64,000 nucleotides of DNA from an uncultured Chitinophagaceae bacterium (GCA_963696835.1 CAVOLS010000001.1:102662-166661); one strand, 5' to 3'. Counted from the stretch's first letter, positions 31,783 to 42,868 are shown. A program made the numbers and translations. The notes: generated from the sequence alone by a model not told the origin.

Positions 31783-32808
31783 TTACTGGTGCGGCGCTTG
31801 CTCGGGCTGGCCTTGCTGGTGCTGTTGCTGCTGCATTTGCTGTTGCATCATTTGCATCATTTTTTGCTGCTCTTCCATTTTTTTCTGATATTCTTCCTGT
31901 GTCAAAACATCAGCTACTTCGATATCAAAAACCAGGTTTTCGTTAGGGCCAATTTTTGGAGGATTGCCGTTCTGTCCATAACCCAGATAAGAAGGGATCA
32001 CAATTTTTCCTTTGCTTCCTTTCTGCATCATTTTCAATCCGTCTATCCATCCTGGAATTACCCGAAACTCACTCATGTCCACGTAAAGAGGTTCAACATG
32101 ATTGAATTTTTTGTCAGTGTTTGAATCAAAGGTGCTGTCTTTAAAAGTCTTTCCGGTATAATTCACTACAGCTACACTGTTGGTATTCAAATTTTCTCCG
32201 GTTCCGGGAGTCGTGATGGCCACGTAAGTTCCCCAGGGTGTTTTTTTACCATTGATATTATTTTTGGCCATGTAATCAGTGATAATTTTATCGTCTGATT
32301 GCACCAGAGGCGCGTTGGCAGCGATATCTTTTTCGATTTGCTCAACGGTCTTTTGATAAGCTTTTACTTTTGCTACTGCTTCAAATGTCCTTGCAATGCT
32401 GTCGGCCGCTTGTTGATTCGGAAGCAATTTTACAATCTTGAAAGTCTGGTAAATGTATTGGCCTTTTTCCATGAAAGGAGCGCCTTGCCCATGGTTTAAT
32501 AATGAATCGGTTGATTGCCTGATAATCAGGCTGTCGCCTTCGTGTACGATCTTAAAGAAAGGCGGCAACTGAGCCGTGTCAAATGGGATGAACCGTGGCA
32601 TGCTGCTTTCAACACTGCTAAACAAAACGCTGTCTTTATATTTAGCCAAAATGTTTACCTGCATGAAATCGCCGGCAACTGCTTTTTTTCCTCCATTGGA
32701 AACGACTTTATATTCTGATCCGTCCTTTTCTTTTGTGAATCGCTGCTCGTTACATCCCGTGGCCAATATCAAAAATGCTGAGGCGCACAGGAAAAGTGTT
32801 TTGTTCAT
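31783..32808 (-). CDS. FKBP-type peptidyl-prolyl isomerase lipoprotein with Gln/Met-rich tail
   Basis: Lipobox ATGC, VNYTG, FDS, VIPGW..GL, IPSYLGYG, LVFDIEV. Confidence 0.92.
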   Translation of the reverse strand: MNKTLFLCASAFLILATGCNEQRFTKEKDGSEYKVVSNGGKKAVAGDFMQVNILAKYKDSVLFSSVESSMPRFIPFDTAQLPPFFKIVHEGDSLIIRQSTDSLLNHGQGAPFMEKGQYIYQTFKIVKLLPNQQAADSIARTFEAVAKVKAYQKTVEQIEKDIAANAPLVQSDDKIITDYMAKNNINGKKTPWGTYVAITTPGTGENLNTNSVAVVNYTGKTFKDSTFDSNTDKKFNHVEPLYVDMSEFRVIPGWIDGLKMMQKGSKGKIVIPSYLGYGQNGNPPKIGPNENLVFDIEVADVLTQEEYQKKMEEQQKMMQMMQQQMQQQQHQQGQPEQAPHQ

Positions 32809-32829
32809 GTTTTTATGTGTTTATAATTG

Positions 32830-33840
32830 TTAACTGGTTAATTGTTCTTTATTTTCTTTGATCGCTTCTTTGAATTTTTTTACAACCATCTCAAGGGGCT
32901 CGCTATTTTTTCCGCCGGCGGCGTTAAAATGGCCGCCCCCGTTGAAATATTTTCTTGCAAAAGTATTTACATCAAAACCGCCCTTGCTTCTGAAGGAGCT
33001 TTTTCTCTCATCGCCACGGTCAATGATTACTGCCGCCAATTTAATTCCTTTAATGCTCAATGGAAAATTCACCAGGCCTTCGGTGTCCCCTGTTTTCACA
33101 CTATATTTAATAAGATCCTGCTGGGGAATGGCAATCAGGGCTGTATTGTATTCATAAAAAACCTCCATTCGGTTGAGCAAAATATTGCCAAAAAAGCGGA
33201 AGCGGTTTTCAAGGAAATTATCAAAAAGATTTTCGTGAATCTGGCTATGGTTCAAACCCGCGTCTTTCAACCCGGCTACCATCCGGTGCACATCTGCAGA
33301 AGTGGAATTGAACCTGAAAGATCCCGTGTCGGTCATAACGCCTGAATACAGGCATTCGGCCACATCGGTATTTATTTTATCAGCATGGCCGCTATTTACG
33401 ATAAAGTCATAGACCATTTCCGCTGTGGAGCTTTTAAAAGTGTCACTGATGCCATAATCAAAAACCTCCACTTGTGGTTGCTGGTGATGATCGATCAAAA
33501 TTTTTGTGCAGCTCAAATTTTGAAGTGGAATTTCCATCTTTTTTGTGCGGCTAAGCACATTAAAATCCAGGCAAAAAAGCCATTGCGCTTCCTTCAGCGC
33601 ATTCATTGCCTTGTCATACTGCATTTCAAAGTCGATCACTTTTTTTGCACCGGGCATCCAGCTTAAAAAGGCGGCCCAGTTAGTCGGTGAAATCACCGTA
33701 ACCCGATGGCCAAACTGGATCAAAAAATTATAGAGTCCCAAACCGGAGCCCATGGCATCGGCATCAGGCTTCTGATGGAAGGTGATCACTATATTTTTCG
33801 GTTCCTCTAAGAGGGGAAATATTTCGCTGACAGGTTTCAT
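32830..33840 (-). CDS. nrnA: DHH/DHHA1 phosphoesterase (nanoRNase / pAp phosphatase)
   Basis: HQKPDADAMGS, IDHH, TDTGSF, GGGHFNAAG; TACTTTTG promoter element at 33850-33857. Confidence 0.9.
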   Translation of the reverse strand: MKPVSEIFPLLEEPKNIVITFHQKPDADAMGSGLGLYNFLIQFGHRVTVISPTNWAAFLSWMPGAKKVIDFEMQYDKAMNALKEAQWLFCLDFNVLSRTKKMEIPLQNLSCTKILIDHHQQPQVEVFDYGISDTFKSSTAEMVYDFIVNSGHADKINTDVAECLYSGVMTDTGSFRFNSTSADVHRMVAGLKDAGLNHSQIHENLFDNFLENRFRFFGNILLNRMEVFYEYNTALIAIPQQDLIKYSVKTGDTEGLVNFPLSIKGIKLAAVIIDRGDERKSSFRSKGGFDVNTFARKYFNGGGHFNAAGGKNSEPLEMVVKKFKEAIKENKEQLTS

Positions 33841-34036
33841 AAAAGGTGGCAAAAGTATTGATAAATTATGGAATCATTCAATAATGGAATATTAAATTAA
33901 TGGTTTATTGAATCGAGCTTACCTAGATTGTTTCGACTATTAATTTACGATTATATGGAAATTTTATAAAAACAAGAATGGCCAGCCCATTTTCCAGGCC
34001 GGCCATTTTATAAGTATTTAATAAGTCATCAAAGGT

Positions 34037-36019
34037 CTATTGAGCTGCCGGGCTTTTCCAAACATTATTATCAGGATTCACATCCGGAAACACCTGATTT
34101 GGATCGATCGTCACAGACTTTAATTGCTCATTCGTGTTCAGTTTTTCAATCCATGTAGTGCCATTCTGCCAAACTTCAACAGGAATTTTCACCATGGCTG
34201 TTTTTCCGCTAACCGTCTCATATTGCAAATAGATCGGCATCGCCATTTTATCCATGTTTTCAATGGTCACAAGCGCTCCTTTTGAAGAATCGCCGTTAAC
34301 ATATTTTACATCTGTTATTGCCTGATCTAATTTATAATTTTCAATGAACATTCCTTTCCAGAACCAGCCCAGATCTTCTCCGGCAACATTTTCAATTGTG
34401 CGGAAAAAATCCCATGGCGCAGGATGTTTATATGCCCACCTTTTAATGTAAGTGCGGAACGCGTAATCAAATCTTTCCTCACCAAGAATATCATTTCTCA
34501 AAAGATCCAGCGCATAACCAGGTTTAGAATATAAGGCCGTTCCTATGTTGGCTTCTTTCAAAGCGTCAGGAGTTGACATTACGGTTTCGCTGTTTTTTCC
34601 AAACATATATTTATACATCGCGCTTTTGTTACGGGATTTCGATTTGTATTCGCCGTTATTAAAATCGCTGGTTGAAATGCCGTTGATGAACGTGTTAAAA
34701 CCTTCATCCATCCAGCCATATTTTCTTTCATTGCTGCCAACGATCATGGGAAACCAGGTGTGCCCAAATTCATGATCTGTAACGCCCCAAAGGCTTGCGC
34801 CTTTTGCGTTATAGCCACAAAAAACGATGCCCGGATATTCCATGCCGCCGACGTTGCTTGCCACATTTACGGCATTCTCATATGGATATTCAAACCATCT
34901 TTTAGAATAGCCTTCAATGCAGGCTTTGGTGTATTCTGTAGATCTTTCCCATGCGTTATTGCCATTGGATTCCACAGGATAAGCGCTCATGGCTAAAGTT
35001 TTTCTTCCTGAAGGAAGATTGATTCTTGCCGCGTCCCAGATAAAAGAAGTAGAAGCTGCCCATGAAACGTCTCTCGCATTTTTGAGTTTAAAACGCCACG
35101 TAAGATTTCCCTTCTGCGGGCGTGAGGCCGGATCAGTAACTTCTTCCGCTGAACGGATCATAACAGTTTTATCGCTTGTCTTTGCTTCGTTATATCTTTT
35201 TAATTGAAGCGGAGTAAGCACTTCCTGCGGATTGAGCAATTCGCCTGAACCTACAACAATCTGTTTTGCGGGAGCAGTTATGCTGAATTCATAATCACCA
35301 TAGTCCAGATAGAACTCGCCGGCACCCAGATAAGGCAGTGTATTCCACCCTTCGATATCATCAAAAACGCACATGCGCGGATACCATTGGGCAATAGCGT
35401 AAATTTTTCCGTTTTTGGTATCCAAAATTCCTGTGCGGTCACTTCCATATTTTGGGATCGAATAAGAATAATCGATTTTAAACTGAATTGTCCCACCATT
35501 TGCCGCCAGCGCCGAAGGCAGGCGCAACTGCATTCTTGTATCAGAGATCACTTTCGTTACATCCGAAGAAGAAATTTTCCCTTTAACGTCTGTTACGAGT
35601 TTTACCGATTTGATTTTATAGCCGCCCTCAAATTTTGAGTTTACATCGCCATAACGGCTTCTTCCGGTAGCTGGCGTCTTTGCCTGTCCCCGGGAATCCA
35701 GACTGTAAAGGTTCTGATCGAGATAAAGCCAAACAAATTCCATGGGTTTTGGACTATTGTTCGTATAAGTGATGGTAACAGTACCCGAAACCGCATCGTT
35801 CACATCATCGAGGGTTGCAGCAATTTTATAGCTCGCCCGGTTGGTCCAGTATTTTGGGCCGGGCTGGCCGTCCGAGGTCCGGTATTCATTCACGGAAGGA
35901 GGATAAAAATTGGGAGTAAAAAGATCATGATGGTCATAAACCGATTTTTCCGATTGTGCAAAGGAAAAAGCGGAAATAAAAACCAGTGAAACAAGAAACA
36001 GGAATTTGCTTTTAGTCAT
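34037..36019 (-). CDS. Secreted M1-family metalloaminopeptidase
   Basis: GGMEYP, HEFGHTW-x-WMDEG, signal peptide. Confidence 0.92.
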   Translation of the reverse strand: MTKSKFLFLVSLVFISAFSFAQSEKSVYDHHDLFTPNFYPPSVNEYRTSDGQPGPKYWTNRASYKIAATLDDVNDAVSGTVTITYTNNSPKPMEFVWLYLDQNLYSLDSRGQAKTPATGRSRYGDVNSKFEGGYKIKSVKLVTDVKGKISSSDVTKVISDTRMQLRLPSALAANGGTIQFKIDYSYSIPKYGSDRTGILDTKNGKIYAIAQWYPRMCVFDDIEGWNTLPYLGAGEFYLDYGDYEFSITAPAKQIVVGSGELLNPQEVLTPLQLKRYNEAKTSDKTVMIRSAEEVTDPASRPQKGNLTWRFKLKNARDVSWAASTSFIWDAARINLPSGRKTLAMSAYPVESNGNNAWERSTEYTKACIEGYSKRWFEYPYENAVNVASNVGGMEYPGIVFCGYNAKGASLWGVTDHEFGHTWFPMIVGSNERKYGWMDEGFNTFINGISTSDFNNGEYKSKSRNKSAMYKYMFGKNSETVMSTPDALKEANIGTALYSKPGYALDLLRNDILGEERFDYAFRTYIKRWAYKHPAPWDFFRTIENVAGEDLGWFWKGMFIENYKLDQAITDVKYVNGDSSKGALVTIENMDKMAMPIYLQYETVSGKTAMVKIPVEVWQNGTTWIEKLNTNEQLKSVTIDPNQVFPDVNPDNNVWKSPAAQ

Positions 36020-36124
36020 GGGTCAATAATTTTAAAATTGATTTTGGTGAGATTCCAAAGATATATATTTAGGATAAACGGAAATTGCCATTGAAATAAT
36101 AAATGGATGGAAAGACATGCCAAT

Positions 36125-36241
36125 AAAAAATCTTGAAAAAAAGTTCGTTTGCTAATGCCTGGCAACTCGGTTCTGTGCCTTAAAAACGCTATAAGGTTTT
36201 GCCATGGGCACAAAAGCCGAGCTTAAACCTTATAGGGTTTT
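36125..36241. repeat. Reverse motif copy plus two interleaved inverted-repeat pairs
   Basis: Motif ends at 36154; a=36166-36179 pairs with 36207-36221; b=36183-36199 pairs with 36225-36241. Confidence 0.75.
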
Positions 36242-37050
36242 CCTACATTTTGCAAAAAAGAATGGATTGTCAAAAAATCTCCTTCCTTTTTTAAATCAGC
36301 AACCAGTCTTTCCAATTTCTCCAAAAGCTGATCGCCGGATTTTCTTTTTACTATTTTTGGCAGATCAAAGTGCTTTAAATCGGCAAACTCCCATGGATGA
36401 AAATAAAGCGACAGATAGCCGTCGTGCTTCAGGGTTTGCATGGCGATGCGTTTAAAATAGGCATAAGGAAAATTTTTAAAAGCAAGCCAGAACAGGGGAA
36501 CACGAAAATTGGGAGAAACAGAAACCGGAACTTTCACAAGTCCTTCTTCATTATACAAAGTCCTTGGCGTATTGAAATTATTATACCGTCCGGGAATCCA
36601 CGTCGGATTGATGGAAGAATCATAGGCATAGCCTGCTTTTTTTACCCATTCCGGATTTATTTTTTTCATTCTTGGCATTCTTAAACCGTAAACCTGCCTG
36701 GAAGTAATGCCTTCGAGCGTTTTTCGTGAAGCCGCAAGATCTTCTTCTGTAAAAGAGGAATGGAAAAAAGTATGGGAAGCGATTTCATGCTGTTCAGACA
36801 AGCTTCTCATATCGCCAGGATATTGCAAGCCAAAATTGGCAGTTGTAAAAAGAGTACATTCTATTTCCCGATCGTTCAGAATTTTACCGATGGCATCTAA
36901 GCCCTTCTTTCCAACGTTCATTTGTTCTTGGGGAGAAATATCAATTCCGTATTCGAGTGGCAGGTCGAATTCCTCCACATCGAAAGTGAGCAATATGGCT
37001 CGATCGCGGTTTCTTGGGCGAAATTGATTTGCAAAACTTTGCTCTGCCAT
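36223..37050 (-). CDS. Polysaccharide deacetylase (CE4-like, DUF3473 type)
   Basis: LTFDVEEF, HEIASH..H, YDSS, YFHPWEF. Confidence 0.88.
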   Translation of the reverse strand: MAEQSFANQFRPRNRDRAILLTFDVEEFDLPLEYGIDISPQEQMNVGKKGLDAIGKILNDREIECTLFTTANFGLQYPGDMRSLSEQHEIASHTFFHSSFTEEDLAASRKTLEGITSRQVYGLRMPRMKKINPEWVKKAGYAYDSSINPTWIPGRYNNFNTPRTLYNEEGLVKVPVSVSPNFRVPLFWLAFKNFPYAYFKRIAMQTLKHDGYLSLYFHPWEFADLKHFDLPKIVKRKSGDQLLEKLERLVADLKKEGDFLTIHSFLQNVGKPYKV

Positions 37051-37147
37051 CTTCGAAAAAATTTTTCTGCAAGATTCAATTTATTATCGGTTTTGAAGGT
37101 ATATAATATTATTTTTGATTTTTAATGCGTTTGCCAACACTACCAAA

Positions 37148-38347
37148 ATGAACCTGCTTACCAAGGATTTTTCCATTTCGAAATATAAATTTTCGTTTGC
37201 CGCCATCATCTGGTTTTTACTGGCGATGATTGGCGTGCTTTTAAAAATAAAACTGGGTCACGACAAGATCGGCAATTATCTGATCTTCGAAAATGTTTTT
37301 TGGAACAGTATTCATCAGAAAAACCTGTATTTCGTTGATCCTGCAAGTAACCTGGGTTCCTATCTCTATGGGCCACTTTTCAGTGTAATCATCGCGCCTT
37401 TCGCTTTTTTGCCAACCGGAACGGGCGCTTTTTTATGGGGCGTAGCAAATGCAGGTATTTTATTTGTGGCCATCAGGAAATTGCCCCTCAGTTATAAAAA
37501 TCAAAACGCCATTCTTTTTATTTCCGCGATCGAAATGATGACTTCTGTGCAGAATATGCAGATCAACTGCCTGGTGGCGGCACTTATTATTTTCGCCTTT
37601 ATACATGTTCATCAGCAGAAGGATTTTTGGGCTGCATTATCCATAGCTATTGGTTTTTTGGTAAAAATATATGGCATCGTAGGCATTGCCTTCTTTTTCT
37701 TCTCCCGAAATAAAATTAAATTTTGCGTAGGATTTCTTTTTTGGCTGGCTGTTCTTTTTTGTCTGCCGATGCTGATCTCTTCACCCACATTTATTATTCA
37801 ATCCTATTCAGATTGGTATCATACTTTGGTCGTGAAAGATGCGGTAAACAACACTTCTGACATGCAAAATATTTCAGTGATGGGCATGTTACGTCATATT
37901 TTCACCTCAGCCCATTTGAATCTTATCATAATTTTAGTAGCGGCTTTGTTTTATGCACTTCCTTTCTTAAGAAAAAAACAATTAAAAAACCTGGATTTCC
38001 AGTTGAGTTATGTGGCTCTGGCGCTGATTGGAGTGGTCATTTTTAGCTCTTCGGCTGAAAGTCCTACCTATATTATCGCCATGGCCGGGGTAGCCATTTG
38101 GTTTGTAATTCAAAATCAAAAGCATTGGCTTGCAATTTCCCTTCTGGTTTTCGCTTTGCTTTTTACCAGTTTGTCCTCTACTGATTTTTTCCCACAATTT
38201 ATTAAAATAAATTGGCTGCGCCCTTATTCGCTGAAAGCCCTTCCGTGTTTTATAGTTTGGCTTGTTTTAGCATTCCAGTTGCTTACAAAAGATTTTATCA
38301 AGACACCGAAAGACTTTCTTCCTCCTGCAAATTTGACGATTCAATAA
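37148..38347 (+). CDS. GT-C fold glycosyltransferase (GT87/DUF2029-like)
   Basis: About 10 TM helices, YLYGPLF, Q.N, VKIY, SAESPTY. Confidence 0.8.
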   Translation: MNLLTKDFSISKYKFSFAAIIWFLLAMIGVLLKIKLGHDKIGNYLIFENVFWNSIHQKNLYFVDPASNLGSYLYGPLFSVIIAPFAFLPTGTGAFLWGVANAGILFVAIRKLPLSYKNQNAILFISAIEMMTSVQNMQINCLVAALIIFAFIHVHQQKDFWAALSIAIGFLVKIYGIVGIAFFFFSRNKIKFCVGFLFWLAVLFCLPMLISSPTFIIQSYSDWYHTLVVKDAVNNTSDMQNISVMGMLRHIFTSAHLNLIIILVAALFYALPFLRKKQLKNLDFQLSYVALALIGVVIFSSSAESPTYIIAMAGVAIWFVIQNQKHWLAISLLVFALLFTSLSSTDFFPQFIKINWLRPYSLKALPCFIVWLVLAFQLLTKDFIKTPKDFLPPANLTIQ

Positions 38348-39251
38348 TGTAGCGCGGGCGATGCTTGCTTTGAATAAAGGTTTTCCCAAGATAGAGTCCA
38401 ACAATGCCCATGATCATTAATTGCAATCCACCGAAAAAGGCGATTGTAACAATCACGGATGCCCATCCGGGCCTTTGCAGATTATAATGGAGGCTGATAA
38501 ACACATACGGGACATAGAATAATGAAGTCACGGAAAAGAAAAATCCGAGATAAATGGCGAAAGTCAAAGGCTTGGTGCTGAAGGAGGTTAATCCCTGGGC
38601 TGCAAGCTTCATCAATGTGTTGACACTGTACTTTGTTGTTCCCGAATGCCTCGCTTTTGGTTCATACTCTATAGCCTTTTGCTTAAACCCAACCCATTTG
38701 ATCAGGCCTCTTAAAAAGGGCCTGTCTTCCGGAAGCTTATTGATCACATCCACCACTTTTTTATCGATCAGCTTGTAATCAGAAATTCCATTTTCCATTT
38801 GAACATCGGAAAAGGCGTTTATTACTTTATAAAACAGTTTTGACCTTAGCCTGGTGAAAAAACCAGCATGAAGGTTCTTGTCTTTCCGGTATGCATACAC
38901 CACATCATAGCCTCGCTGCCACCACTCAATGAATTCGTGAATCATCAATGGAGGATGCTGAAGATCAGCATCAATCGTTATAACAGCATCTCCCTGCGCA
39001 CGTTTGAATCCGGCGATTAGTGCGTTGTCTTTACCAAAATTCCTTGAGAAGCTTATATAAAAGAAATGGGAATTTTCGTTGCATAAGCGAATCAGCAAGG
39101 GAAGCGTTCCATCCGTACTGCCGTCATCTACAAAGATAATTTCATGATCAATGCCCGGCAATGAATTGAAAACCGAGGCAAGATTTTCAACAATGGCAAT
39201 CAGGTTTCCCTCTTCATTATAAACAGGGATTATAACACTTAATTTTGGCAT
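38298..39251 (-). CDS. GT2 polyprenyl-phosphate glycosyltransferase (GtrB/ArnC-like)
   Basis: IPVYNEE, VDDGSTD, SRNFGK, DADLQHPP, two C-terminal TM helices. Confidence 0.92.
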   Translation of the reverse strand: MPKLSVIIPVYNEEGNLIAIVENLASVFNSLPGIDHEIIFVDDGSTDGTLPLLIRLCNENSHFFYISFSRNFGKDNALIAGFKRAQGDAVITIDADLQHPPLMIHEFIEWWQRGYDVVYAYRKDKNLHAGFFTRLRSKLFYKVINAFSDVQMENGISDYKLIDKKVVDVINKLPEDRPFLRGLIKWVGFKQKAIEYEPKARHSGTTKYSVNTLMKLAAQGLTSFSTKPLTFAIYLGFFFSVTSLFYVPYVFISLHYNLQRPGWASVIVTIAFFGGLQLMIMGIVGLYLGKTFIQSKHRPRYIIESSNLQEEESLSVS

Positions 39252-39486
39252 ATAGTTACCATCAACCACAGGAACAGGCATTTGGTACTGCAATATTCGC
39301 ACAATTATCACTATCCGTGCATTTTTCCCACCTAATTTTTTTTGAGAATTTACTAACAGGTTTTGGCCGGTTTTCCAAAAGAGGAATTATCATGTTCCTA
39401 ATCACCAGCATCAGAAAAAAAACTGATAAAAGTCCGTTTACTGAAGGCTCTCATATGAACGGAAATAATTTCGCAGTTGATTTTAA

Positions 39487-39840
39487 TCAAAATTGCTTTT
39501 GCCAGTTGACTCCTGCGGTGCCATGGATGCCCTCAATTGGAGGGTGCATTTTTCTTATCGAAATATTTATTGATTTCAACTCGGGATAAAGCTCATGAAT
39601 TTCATTACCAATTTCCATAACGATCGTTTCCAGCAGCGGCGTAGGAATGCTCATCCTTTTTTTGATGGAATTATAAACGGCCACGTAATTGATGGTTTCA
39701 CCAATATGGGTGATTACTTCCGCGTTTTCGTGGAATTCCAAAGAAGCATTGACCAGGTATTCGTTTCCTAAAATCCTTTCTTCTTCATGAACTCCATGAA
39801 AACCCGTAAAAAGTAAATTGTCTAAATGAACTGTTATCAT
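39487..39840 (-). CDS. folB: Dihydroneopterin aldolase
   Basis: GFHGVHEEE, TINY, LLE, K.HPP. Confidence 0.92.
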   Translation of the reverse strand: MITVHLDNLLFTGFHGVHEEERILGNEYLVNASLEFHENAEVITHIGETINYVAVYNSIKKRMSIPTPLLETIVMEIGNEIHELYPELKSINISIRKMHPPIEGIHGTAGVNWQKQF

Positions 39841-39864
39841 ATAAGCGGTAAAAAATCATTTGAT

Positions 39865-40857
39865 TTACACATCAGTATTTCCTGGCGTCGGCATCATGAT
39901 ATGATCGGATGGCACAGGGTGTTCCAGCATGCTTAAAAACCTTTCCGCGTCAAGCGCTGCCATGCAACCTGAACCCGCTGCAGTTACCGCCTGACGATAA
40001 ATTTTATCCTGCAGGTCGCCCGCCGCAAATACGCCTTCAATATTGGTCTTGGTCGTTCCCGGAAGCGTTTTTACATATCCCGCCTCATCCATATCAAGCC
40101 ATCCTTTGAAAATCTCAGAGTTAGGCTGATGGCCAATCGCAACGAAATAGGCACTTACAGGAATAGTTTCCCTCTCCCCTGTTTTATTATTCACGATCCT
40201 TACGGCTTCGGTTTTTTGCTCGCCAAGGATTTCTTCCACTTCCGTGTTCCAATAGACTTTTATATTGGAGCAATTCAAGACCCTTTGTTGCATGATCTTG
40301 CTGGCACGCATAGCGTCTTTCCGTACAAACATGTGGACAAACCTGCATATTTTGCTTAGGTACAAGGCTTCTTCAGCAGCGGTGTCGCCGGCCCCAACAA
40401 TACAAACATCTTTTCCTTTAAAGAAAAATCCGTCGCAAACAGCACAGGCACTTACACCATAACCGTTTAATCTTGCTTCACTTTCAATGCCCAGCCATTT
40501 TGCGCTGGCGCCGGTGGCTAAAATGATAGTATCAGCGCTGATCCATTTTTCTTCATCAATCAAAACTTTCAGAGGGCAGGCAGAAAAATCAACTTCTGTT
40601 GCCAGTCCATACCGTATATCGGCGCCCATTCTTTTCGCCTGCTTTTCAAAATCAAGCATCATTTCCGGTCCCATAATTCCATCGGGATATCCTGGATAAT
40701 TTTCTACATCGGTAGTGATGGTAAGCTGTCCTCCGGGCTGTATTCCCTGGTACATTACGGGTTTTAAATTGGCTCTCGCCGCATAAATCGCTGCTGTATA
40801 GCCAGCGGGTCCTGAACCAATGATCAGGCATTGAACGTGTTCTGTTTTTGTCTCCAT
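39865..40857 (-). CDS. trxB: Thioredoxin-disulfide reductase
   Basis: GSGPAG, CAVCDGFF, GAGDTA, RQAVTAAGSG. Confidence 0.96.
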   Translation of the reverse strand: METKTEHVQCLIIGSGPAGYTAAIYAARANLKPVMYQGIQPGGQLTITTDVENYPGYPDGIMGPEMMLDFEKQAKRMGADIRYGLATEVDFSACPLKVLIDEEKWISADTIILATGASAKWLGIESEARLNGYGVSACAVCDGFFFKGKDVCIVGAGDTAAEEALYLSKICRFVHMFVRKDAMRASKIMQQRVLNCSNIKVYWNTEVEEILGEQKTEAVRIVNNKTGERETIPVSAYFVAIGHQPNSEIFKGWLDMDEAGYVKTLPGTTKTNIEGVFAAGDLQDKIYRQAVTAAGSGCMAALDAERFLSMLEHPVPSDHIMMPTPGNTDV

Positions 40858-41013
40858 AATTCATTAAAATAGTTTTCAAAAGTACCATTTTTAGCCATTT
40901 AAAGTTTCATGTTTCCAGTCGATGATCTTTGAGCATCCAAAATAATCTTAAAAACGGTTCAAATTTTGTGAAGTATTGTTGCTATAAAAACAATACAATT
41001 TAAATTATAACTT

Positions 41014-41511
41014 ATGCGAATTATCCCATTTCTGATAAAAGAGCTGGAACAAGAAGCTGCGACAACCCGCAAATTTTTCAAACTGATTCCTACTAACAAA
41101 TTTGACTGGAAGCCCCACGAAAAAAGCATGAGCGTGAAAGCGCTTTCAGTGCATATTGCAGAAATACCTGGATGGATCGGGCAAGTAATTCATCAGGATG
41201 TAATCGATTTTTCAGCCACTCCTTATCAGCCCGTTCCTGTAAACAATACTGAAGACTTGTTTAACCTGTTAGAAAAATCAGTATCAGAGTCACTCGATGC
41301 CCTTGTAAAAACCAATGAAGATGAATTATTAAAAACCTGGACTATGAAAAACGGCGACCAGGTACTTATGGCAATGACCAAATATGAAGCGATCAGGCAT
41401 TCTTTTGCGCAACTTACCCATCACCGTGCGCAATTGGGAGTCGATCTTCGCCTGCTGAATATTCCTATTCCCGGAAGCTATGGACCCAGCGCTGATGAAA
41501 AGTGGGGATAA
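41014..41511 (+). CDS. DinB/YfiT-like protein
   Basis: WKPHEKSM, H..E, HHRAQL, PGSYGPSADE. Confidence 0.88.
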   Translation: MRIIPFLIKELEQEAATTRKFFKLIPTNKFDWKPHEKSMSVKALSVHIAEIPGWIGQVIHQDVIDFSATPYQPVPVNNTEDLFNLLEKSVSESLDALVKTNEDELLKTWTMKNGDQVLMAMTKYEAIRHSFAQLTHHRAQLGVDLRLLNIPIPGSYGPSADEKWG

Positions 41512-41523
41512 ACCGCTTTAAGT

Positions 41524-42144
41524 TTAGTCATTTGCTTTCTTCATCATACTCACCACCTCTTCATCAGTTGTTTGAGCAAAATCTCTGTAGAATTTCCCTA
41601 CACCAAAAAAGGGGAAAGGGGTATAAAGGCAAATAAAATCATCAACTTCGCGGCTAATTCTTTTGGCCGCTTCGCGGGATGCGACGGGAACGGCCACAAC
41701 CAGTCTTTTCGGATGCTTTCGCCGCAACATTTTCAAAGTTGCCAGAATAGTTCTGCCGGTTGCAACGCCATCATCGACTACGATCACCATTTTGCCACCC
41801 AGTTCAACCGGCTGTTTTTGCCCCATGAATTTTTTATAACCTTCTTCTAATTGTTGATGGATTTTTTGAGTTTCCATTTCAATATATCCGTCAGGAATTC
41901 CTTCGATCTCTTCAACAAAAGAATCCTCAAGACCTACAGCGCCAATGGCGTATTCCTCATTATAAGGATGGCCTAGTTTTTTTACCATCAAAAGATCGAA
42001 TGAAAAATTGAGATGCTTTGCAAGATAAAAACCTATGGGAACACCGCCGCGGGGAATAGCGAGTATCACTCCATTTTCATGTTGATATTTTTCAAGTTTG
42101 GGCACCAACTGCATCGCCGCGTCGATTCTATCGAAAAAATACAT
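41524..42144 (-). CDS. Phosphoribosyltransferase
   Basis: LAIPRGGVP, VVDDGVATG, VAVPV; start at MYFFDR. Confidence 0.88.
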   Translation of the reverse strand: MYFFDRIDAAMQLVPKLEKYQHENGVILAIPRGGVPIGFYLAKHLNFSFDLLMVKKLGHPYNEEYAIGAVGLEDSFVEEIEGIPDGYIEMETQKIHQQLEEGYKKFMGQKQPVELGGKMVIVVDDGVATGRTILATLKMLRRKHPKRLVVAVPVASREAAKRISREVDDFICLYTPFPFFGVGKFYRDFAQTTDEEVVSMMKKAND

Positions 42145-42145
42145 T

Positions 42146-42813
42146 CTATTCGTGTTTTTGCGCTCCTTTATGCGAGACGATGCCGGGTGAGAACAAATGG
42201 TCCGCAAACCAATCCGCTGCCAGGTTTGCTGCCTGATCCAAAGTTCCCGGTTCTTCAAACAAATGGGAAGCGCCATTCACAATCTGCATTTCCCTTTCGC
42301 AGGTAAGCAGTGAAAAGGCCTGATTATTCAGTTCAATGACCTGTGTATCGAGGGAACCAACAATCAGCAGCGTAGGCGCTTTTACTTTTTGCAGATCCTT
42401 TGCCAGATCCGGGCGCCCGCCACGGCAAACAATGGCTTTGATGAATGTATCAAAAAAGCGGCCGCCTGGAGAGCGGAAGCTGCGCCGGTGCTCGCGCCAA
42501 AATATCCTATGGGCAGTTGATGGAAAGAAAGTTGCTCCAACGCCCATTCGGTCAGCCTGATCAACCTTCCGGTGATTAAATCTATATTGAAACGGTTATC
42601 ATCAAGTTCATCCTCTGCAGGCGTCAAAAGGTCGGCCAGCAATGTGGTCGCACCACGCTTATTCAACAACTCTGCGACAAAATTATTTCTCGTACTCACA
42701 CGGCTGCTACCGCTTCCATGCGCGAAAATGACAACTGCTTTCGCATTTTCCGGTTGCGAAAGGTTGGCAGCAAGGATGACGTTGCTTAACTGAATTTCTA
42801 TTTCACTTTTCAT
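42146..42813 (-). pseudogene. Dienelactone-hydrolase-like alpha/beta hydrolase, one frameshift
   Basis: FAHGSGSSR, GASTG, RGGRPDL, HLFEE; adding one base to the A6 run at 42452-42457 restores the frame. Confidence 0.82.
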
Positions 42814-42868
42814 TTGTTAGAGGATAAAAAGCTGGAAAATGAGGAGTTAAAAAGCCAGTTTTCAAGCC

